DNA from: an uncultured Nitrososphaerales archaeon
Lineage (GTDB): Archaea > Thermoproteota > Nitrososphaeria > Nitrososphaerales > Nitrososphaeraceae
Assembly (NCBI GenBank): GCA_963695855.1
Contig: CAVOHZ010000008.1
Coordinates: forward strand, 384,001 to 448,000
Reading direction: 5' to 3'
Length of the DNA: 64,000 nucleotides
How positions within the stretch are numbered: the stretch's first letter is position 1; every line of letters begins with the position of its first letter. Shown here piece by piece: positions 58,506 to 64,000 of the stretch. Under the pieces are notes generated by a model. It was given only the letters and a program-made list of their open reading frames with translations, made no database searches and had not been told where the DNA came from. The position numbers and the translations under genes were made by a program.

Positions 58506-59126
58506 TTAAGATACTCCGTTAAATCGCTGAGCGACATCATCCCAATTTATTACGTTCCACCAGTTAGATACATATTCTGGTCTTCTGTTCTGATACTTCA
58601 GGTAATATGCATGTTCCCAAACATCGCATCCTAAGAGAGGTATCAAACCTTCTGTTCTTGGGCTTGTTTGATTCGGCATTGATTTGTACTCCACTTTTTT
58701 ATTTACTGGATTATATACAAGCCAGCCCCACCCGCTACCTTGAATCAATACCGTAGTGGACGAAAATTTTTCTTTAAATTCAGAAAAACCTCCAAATGAA
58801 GAATTTATCGCATCAGCTAATGAACCTCCTGGTTCACCTCCACCATTTGGTTTCATGTTATTCCAAAATATTCGATGGTTGTCATATCCTCCTCCATTAA
58901 AGTTTATCGCGCTCTTTTGATTATCCGGGACTAAATCAAGATTTGATAGTATTTCAACAATATCCTTTTCTTGAATTTCAGTAGAACAGCTTTCCAATGC
59001 TGCATTGAACTTATCTGTGTATGTCTGATGGTGTTTTGTATAATGTATTTCCATAGTACGTGCATCAATATGCGGTTCTAGTGAATCATAATTATATGGT
59101 AATGACGGTAATTCATATTTTTTCAT
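58506..59126 (-). CDS. sod: Fe/Mn superoxide dismutase (start at MKKYELP preferred to the longer ORF call)
   Basis: LPYNYDSLEP, HYTKHH, NHRIFW, GSGWGWL and DVWEHAYY motifs. Confidence 0.96.
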   Translation of the reverse strand: MKKYELPSLPYNYDSLEPHIDARTMEIHYTKHHQTYTDKFNAALESCSTEIQEKDIVEILSNLDLVPDNQKSAINFNGGGYDNHRIFWNNMKPNGGGEPGGSLADAINSSFGGFSEFKEKFSSTTVLIQGSGWGWLVYNPVNKKVEYKSMPNQTSPRTEGLIPLLGCDVWEHAYYLKYQNRRPEYVSNWWNVINWDDVAQRFNGVS

Positions 59127-59268
59127 ATCAACTATTTCTCGCAATACATTATTATTCTTTGTGATACACCCCGAAATTTTTACCATAAATTTAATTTAAA
59201 TGTCTGTCGTATTTAGAGTGGGGAAAGATATTTATTGAAAATTGTAAATTAATCTAAACTGCTTACTC

Positions 59269-59697
59269 ATGGTAATCAATAAAGAACTGCTGGAAAAGAG
59301 AAGAAAAGTATCAGAACATAGACCAAAATTCGTTAGACAAGAAAGTTGGAGGTATGATAGACTTGCGGAGAATTGGAGAAAACCAAAAGGTAAGGATAAC
59401 AAGATGAGGAGACAAGTTTCAGGTGTACCACCTTTAGTAAAGGTTGGTTATAGAGGACCTAAAATTTCTCGGGGACTTCATCCTTCTGGGTATTTAGATA
59501 AATTAGTATATAATATTCATGATCTTGAAAAATTAAATCCAAAAAATGACGCTGCTCGCATTTCTAGTACAGTGGGAAAACTGAAAAGAAAAGAAATCAT
59601 ATCGAGATCAATACAATTGGATATCAAGATTTTAAATCCAGGAAAGCCTCATACTAGATTAAAAAAATCACCTGAACCGAAGAAGAAGGAGAGCTAA
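59269..59697 (+). CDS. rpl32e: 50S ribosomal protein L32e
   Basis: RPKFVRQES, WRKPKGKDNKMR and RGLHPSG motifs. Confidence 0.96.
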   Translation: MVINKELLEKRRKVSEHRPKFVRQESWRYDRLAENWRKPKGKDNKMRRQVSGVPPLVKVGYRGPKISRGLHPSGYLDKLVYNIHDLEKLNPKNDAARISSTVGKLKRKEIISRSIQLDIKILNPGKPHTRLKKSPEPKKKES

Positions 59698-59700
59698 AAA

Positions 59701-60150
59701 ATGGTTGTAAATCTCAAAAAGAAAAGAGAATTGGTGGCTAGAATGCTTAATGTAGGATCAAATCGTGTTCGATTTGAACCTGACAAGTTAGATGATATTG
59801 CAGATTCTATCACTAGAGAAGATATACGATCTTTAATTAAGAACGGTGTGATTTGGACAGCAAAAACAAAAGGTACATCAAGGGCAGGAGCAAAAGCGAA
59901 ATTACAAGTGAAGAAAAAACGTGGTACCGGGCCTGGATCTAAAAAAGGAAAGAAAGGTGCTAGAATTGGTAAGAAAGAAAGTTATGTGAAGAAAATGCGA
60001 ACTATGAGATATCATTTGAAAATACTCAAAAGTAGAAACGATATTAATCGTAACATATTCTGGTCATTATACAAAAAAGTAAATGGTGGTCAGATAAGGT
60101 CCTTATCTCACCTACGAGAAAATATAAGAGAAATTAAATCACAACAATAA
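59701..60150 (+). CDS. rpl19e: 50S ribosomal protein L19e
   Basis: TREDIRSLI, GPGSKKG and LYKKVNGG motifs. Confidence 0.96.
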   Translation: MVVNLKKKRELVARMLNVGSNRVRFEPDKLDDIADSITREDIRSLIKNGVIWTAKTKGTSRAGAKAKLQVKKKRGTGPGSKKGKKGARIGKKESYVKKMRTMRYHLKILKSRNDINRNIFWSLYKKVNGGQIRSLSHLRENIREIKSQQ

Positions 60151-60201
60151 ACGATAACATAGATTTTCCATTCTTTTAGCGTTTTCATTAATGTGTATGA
60201 A

Positions 60202-60399
60202 TCAATTAAAATCATTTATTATAGAGCTAGTTATGTTGATCAATCTATCTCTTAGATTTATGACACCAGATCGTTTTTCTCCGTCTAGATTTGTTTGAAG
60301 TAAAGTTTCCAATCCTTCAACTAAGTATTTGATGTTGGGCAAGGTAAGAATTTCAGAATTTTCAGAATCTTCAGATCCACTTTCTACCCGCTTATTCAT
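60202..60399 (-). CDS. Small hypothetical protein
   Basis: 65-aa ATG-initiated ORF filling an intergenic gap. Confidence 0.55.
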   Translation of the reverse strand: MNKRVESGSEDSENSEILTLPNIKYLVEGLETLLQTNLDGEKRSGVINLRDRLINITSSIINDFN

Positions 60400-60534
60400 A
60401 TTTAAAATTATTTATTGTTAATGTTAAACGTTATGGTACCATTTTATTTTTTGTTAATAATAATATATTACACAAATAAAAGATTAGATTTCAAACAATA
60501 TTAACAATATTATTATCCAAAAAAAATTGTTATT

Positions 60535-61347
60535 ATGATGTCTATTACTTTAGTAGTTTCCGAATCTGATCCTGCCAGTAAATCAATGAGTATATATTTA
60601 GAAAAGGAGAAAAAATTCGTGCCAACACAACAAAATGATATACTTTTTTCAAATTTGTACAAGAACATTTTATTGTATAAATCAAAGAATTCATTGCTTT
60701 TTACTAATAATCTTGACAACAAATTTCCGAATTCTGATGTCTTTATTTTTCTCTCTAAACATCAATCAAATAGTAAATTTCCATCATTGACATGTCATTT
60801 TACAGGTAACTTTGAAAATAATCCATATGGTGGTAATTCGTATGAATTGGGGATTTCATATCCATCTTTGCAAAAAATCTATTTACAACATCTTGATGAA
60901 ATTAAAGAAAAATTACACCCATTTGCAATCACAATCGAGGCAACACATCACGGTCCTACTTCGATAAAAAAACCAATAATGTTTGTAGAGATCGGTTCTA
61001 CAGAAAAAGAATGGGGTAACGTCACTATTGCATCTTTAGTTTGTGATTGTATATTATCCGTTATTTCAAATCCAATAAATCATCAAAAAAAAATAGGAAT
61101 TGGTATTGGAGGAACTCACTATGGATCAAAATTTAATAATATAATAATAAATTCTGATATAGCAATGGGTCATATTTCCTCAAAATATAACCTATGCAAT
61201 GTTAATGAATACTTGCTGAATCAGATGATTACAAAATGTCATGAAAAAATAACTCATATAATATTAGATAATAAAGGATTAGGCAATGAAAAACAAAGAA
61301 TTTTTGATTTAATCAAAGATACTGGTCTAGATATTCTAAAAATATAG
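60535..61347 (+). CDS. dtdA: D-aminoacyl-tRNA deacylase (archaeal DTD2)
   Basis: DPAS, FLSKH, LTCHFTGN, EATHHGPT, FVEIGS and GGTHY motifs. Confidence 0.93.
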   Translation: MMSITLVVSESDPASKSMSIYLEKEKKFVPTQQNDILFSNLYKNILLYKSKNSLLFTNNLDNKFPNSDVFIFLSKHQSNSKFPSLTCHFTGNFENNPYGGNSYELGISYPSLQKIYLQHLDEIKEKLHPFAITIEATHHGPTSIKKPIMFVEIGSTEKEWGNVTIASLVCDCILSVISNPINHQKKIGIGIGGTHYGSKFNNIIINSDIAMGHISSKYNLCNVNEYLLNQMITKCHEKITHIILDNKGLGNEKQRIFDLIKDTGLDILKI

Positions 61348-61404
61348 TTTAAAAACTTGTGAATTAATAAATAGCTTTTTTTATCACTGTATTGGTGTTC
61401 AGAG

Positions 61405-61815
61405 ATATCTTCAGCACATGATGTAGTCACCGTTTTTTTATATCATGAAAAAAAGATCCTGTTATTGAAGAGAAGTAACATCGTAAAAACTATGAAGAAT
61501 AAATGGGCCGGAATAAGTGGGTTTATAGAAAACGAGGACCCCCTATCTTGCGCATATCGAGAAATTTTCGAGGAAACAGGTATAGAAAAAAAATTCCTCA
61601 CACCATTACAACAAGGAGAAACATTGTCTCTATTTTTATCTGATAACCAGATAAAACTAATTATCCATCCTTTTCTTTTTTTATCCATGACAAACGTCAT
61701 AAAACTTAATTGGGAAAATTCAGAATACATGTGGATACGGCCACAGGATATAGATTTTTTTGATTCTGTTCCAAAACTTAAGAATGTGTTGTCTAGTGTT
61801 TATCATAATTTTTGA
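61405..61815 (+). CDS. NUDIX hydrolase; the frame extends upstream of the called TTG start (possible ATA start at 61405)
   Basis: VVTVFLYHEKKILLLKRS, Nudix box GFIENEDPLSCAYREIFEETG and LNWEN. Confidence 0.88.
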   Translation: MSSAHDVVTVFLYHEKKILLLKRSNIVKTMKNKWAGISGFIENEDPLSCAYREIFEETGIEKKFLTPLQQGETLSLFLSDNQIKLIIHPFLFLSMTNVIKLNWENSEYMWIRPQDIDFFDSVPKLKNVLSSVYHNF

Positions 61816-62547
61816 ATTCTAGTTGTAGATAACTCTATTCAACAAATATACCCAGGAGAAAAAACTTGATTTATTATATAATTCACTTTCATTAAAAAAA
61901 CAGAAATTACAGTTTAAATTGTTCAGTTCAAAAAATATCTTGCATTTCAAGAATTTGTTTATGGATAATGTTATTCAATTTTTTATGATTTTGTATTTGA
62001 TGTTTTTTGCTATTATTTTTATTATCCATCAAACATTTGACATAATGTTATCTTTGGAGTTGTAGAATTGTATACTAGATTAACAAAAAAATTTTACTCT
62101 CAAAACCATTCTTTGGAATATTAATGTAATCTTAGTTGATTGCGTATTTGATATTCAATGATCAAATTAAACTCTGAGAATTCTAAAAAATAACACATAA
62201 AAATTCTCCTACGTTATTTTTATATGTTTTCAACTTTCTTAAACCTATTGGCTAGATTTACGGACAAATCTTTCCACAATGATAATATCTCGATTTTGTT
62301 TTGATTTTGAAAAAGAAAAAAATGAGTTATATATCAGAATTGGAATTAGTTGTAGGAGGAAAGACTGAATAAGAAGTTTCCTCAAACACTAATGCTTTTG
62401 GATATATTTTATATAAAAACTGAATACTAGACAATATATTATATGGCTATAAATTGTTTAAACAATATTTTTTCTTAATATTAATCTTTCATCTACTTAA
62501 TTGATAACTATTAATATAAGTTTAAAACTTGAAAATATGTTTAATTT

Positions 62548-64000
62548 ATGGTATTACCAGAAGAACGTCGTCTAGGTAGGTGGAGGTTAAACGACCTTAT
62601 TGATAATAAAAAAAATACATCACAAATTTATTTAGAACAGATAAATAATGATGTTAAGAAATTTGAAAAATCCAAGAAATTTCTAAACAATTCAATTACA
62701 ATACAAAAATTTTCAGAAATCATAAATCAAGTAGAAAATATTTCAGAAAAACTTAATAGAGTAATGGGGCACGCACATTTACAATATTGTACTGATACTA
62801 ACTCAAATAAATATTCTGCTTTAGTTACCGAAATGGAATTATTGGGAACAGATGTCTCTAATAAATTGCTCATTTTTGATATCTGGTTTAAAAATATATT
62901 GAATGAAAATGTGGCTAAAAAATTGATCCAAAATATTGATCCTGTTTATAGAGAATTTCTTCAACATAAAAGACTAATGGGCAAATATACTTTATCTGAA
63001 AAAGAAGAAAAACTCATAAATATTTTTGACGTTACGGGACCGGGTGCTCTTGTAAAAATCTATGATAGAATGACAAATGATTTTGAATTTGTAACTATAA
63101 TTAAGAAAAATGATAGAATTCAAAAAAAAAAATATGATAATAAAGAAAAACTAATGTCTCTTGTTAGAAGTGAAAAATCTGAGGAAAGAGAAGCAGCATA
63201 TAAGGCATTATTTGCAGTATACAAAAAATATAGTGGAATTCTCGGAGAAATTTATACCAATCTGATAATTCAATGGCATGATGAAAACATCAAAATGAGG
63301 GGATTTGATTCAGCGATCTCGGTCAGGAATATGTATAACGATATTGGTGACAAGATCATAAATACTTTACTAAATACATGTAAACAAAATACACTCATAT
63401 TTCACAAATATTTCAAATTAAAAGCAAGAATGTTGGGAATGAATAAATTAACCAGATATCATCTTTACGCTCCGCTTGTTATAAATACAAAGGTCAAAAA
63501 ATATACATATGAACAGGCTATTAATCTAGTTCTAAATGTATTCGAATCATTCGATGCTAGATTTCGTGAGTATGCTACACTGCTGCTTACTAATAACCAT
63601 GTAGATTCAGAAATAAGAAAAGGAAAAATGGGAGGCGCATTTTGTTCTACTATCACGCCAAACATAACTCCTTATGTATTGTTGAATTTTGATGGTCGTT
63701 CACGTGACGTTTCAACAATGGCTCATGAATTCGGTCATGCTATACACAGTATTTGCTCTAAAAATTTGCCCATAACTGTATCTCATGCCCCATTACCATT
63801 AGCTGAAACTGCTTCTGTATTTGCTGAAATGCTTTTGAATGAAAAATTAGTAGCAGAGGCGGAATATTCCGAAAAAAGCATCTTGTTAGCAGAACAAATA
63901 GATGACATGTATGCCACCATTATGCGTCAATCATTTTTTACAATTTTTGAAATAGAAGCGCATAACAGTGTAACCAAAAATAATTCAACTATAGACGAGC
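62548..64000 (+). CDS. pepF: M3 family oligoendopeptidase F (runs off the window end)
   Basis: ATG at 62548 (MVLPEERRLGRWRLNDL), KGKMGGAFC, TMAHEFGHAIH zinc motif, LAETASVFAE. Confidence 0.93.
   Translation, partial: MVLPEERRLGRWRLNDLIDNKKNTSQIYLEQINNDVKKFEKSKKFLNNSITIQKFSEIINQVENISEKLNRVMGHAHLQYCTDTNSNKYSALVTEMELLGTDVSNKLLIFDIWFKNILNENVAKKLIQNIDPVYREFLQHKRLMGKYTLSEKEEKLINIFDVTGPGALVKIYDRMTNDFEFVTIIKKNDRIQKKKYDNKEKLMSLVRSEKSEEREAAYKALFAVYKKYSGILGEIYTNLIIQWHDENIKMRGFDSAISVRNMYNDIGDKIINTLLNTCKQNTLIFHKYFKLKARMLGMNKLTRYHLYAPLVINTKVKKYTYEQAINLVLNVFESFDARFREYATLLLTNNHVDSEIRKGKMGGAFCSTITPNITPYVLLNFDGRSRDVSTMAHEFGHAIHSICSKNLPITVSHAPLPLAETASVFAEMLLNEKLVAEAEYSEKSILLAEQIDDMYATIMRQSFFTIFEIEAHNSVTKNNSTIDE

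Noticed and set aside
61816-62547. Long intergenic region as an ncRNA or decayed gene
   Set aside because: No GC-rich structured segment or recognisable protein motif was seen.

Overview
A very AT-rich chromosomal segment of an ammonia-oxidising archaeon. The 16S/23S sequences, gene content and low GC point to Nitrososphaerales, probably Nitrosocosmicus-like (inferred by recognition, not by search). It carries the 16S-23S rRNA operon (no tRNA in the spacer, no linked 5S) and many core genes: cdc48, tetraether synthase tes, a 3HP/4HB-cycle crotonase, thrB, pheA, PINA, udg, cobO, aIF2-alpha, nop10, polB, tatC, GINS, EF-1alpha, ribosomal proteins, sod, dtdA and pepF. Decayed DNA is abundant: IS630 and IS6 remnants, a broken glycosyltransferase/methyltransferase cluster, an alcohol dehydrogenase pseudogene and a glutamine synthetase with a large internal deletion. 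The best candidate for an undescribed system is at 17.8-22.9 kb. There a lipoyl-carrier (LbpA/GcvH-like)-TusA fusion sits tail-to-tail with a rhodanese, next to a soluble MtrA-like corrinoid protein, dUTPase, UDG and CobO. Several short genes missing from the ORF track were read by hand (nop10, rpl39e and two Cys-rich microproteins). No CRISPR array or tRNA was found.
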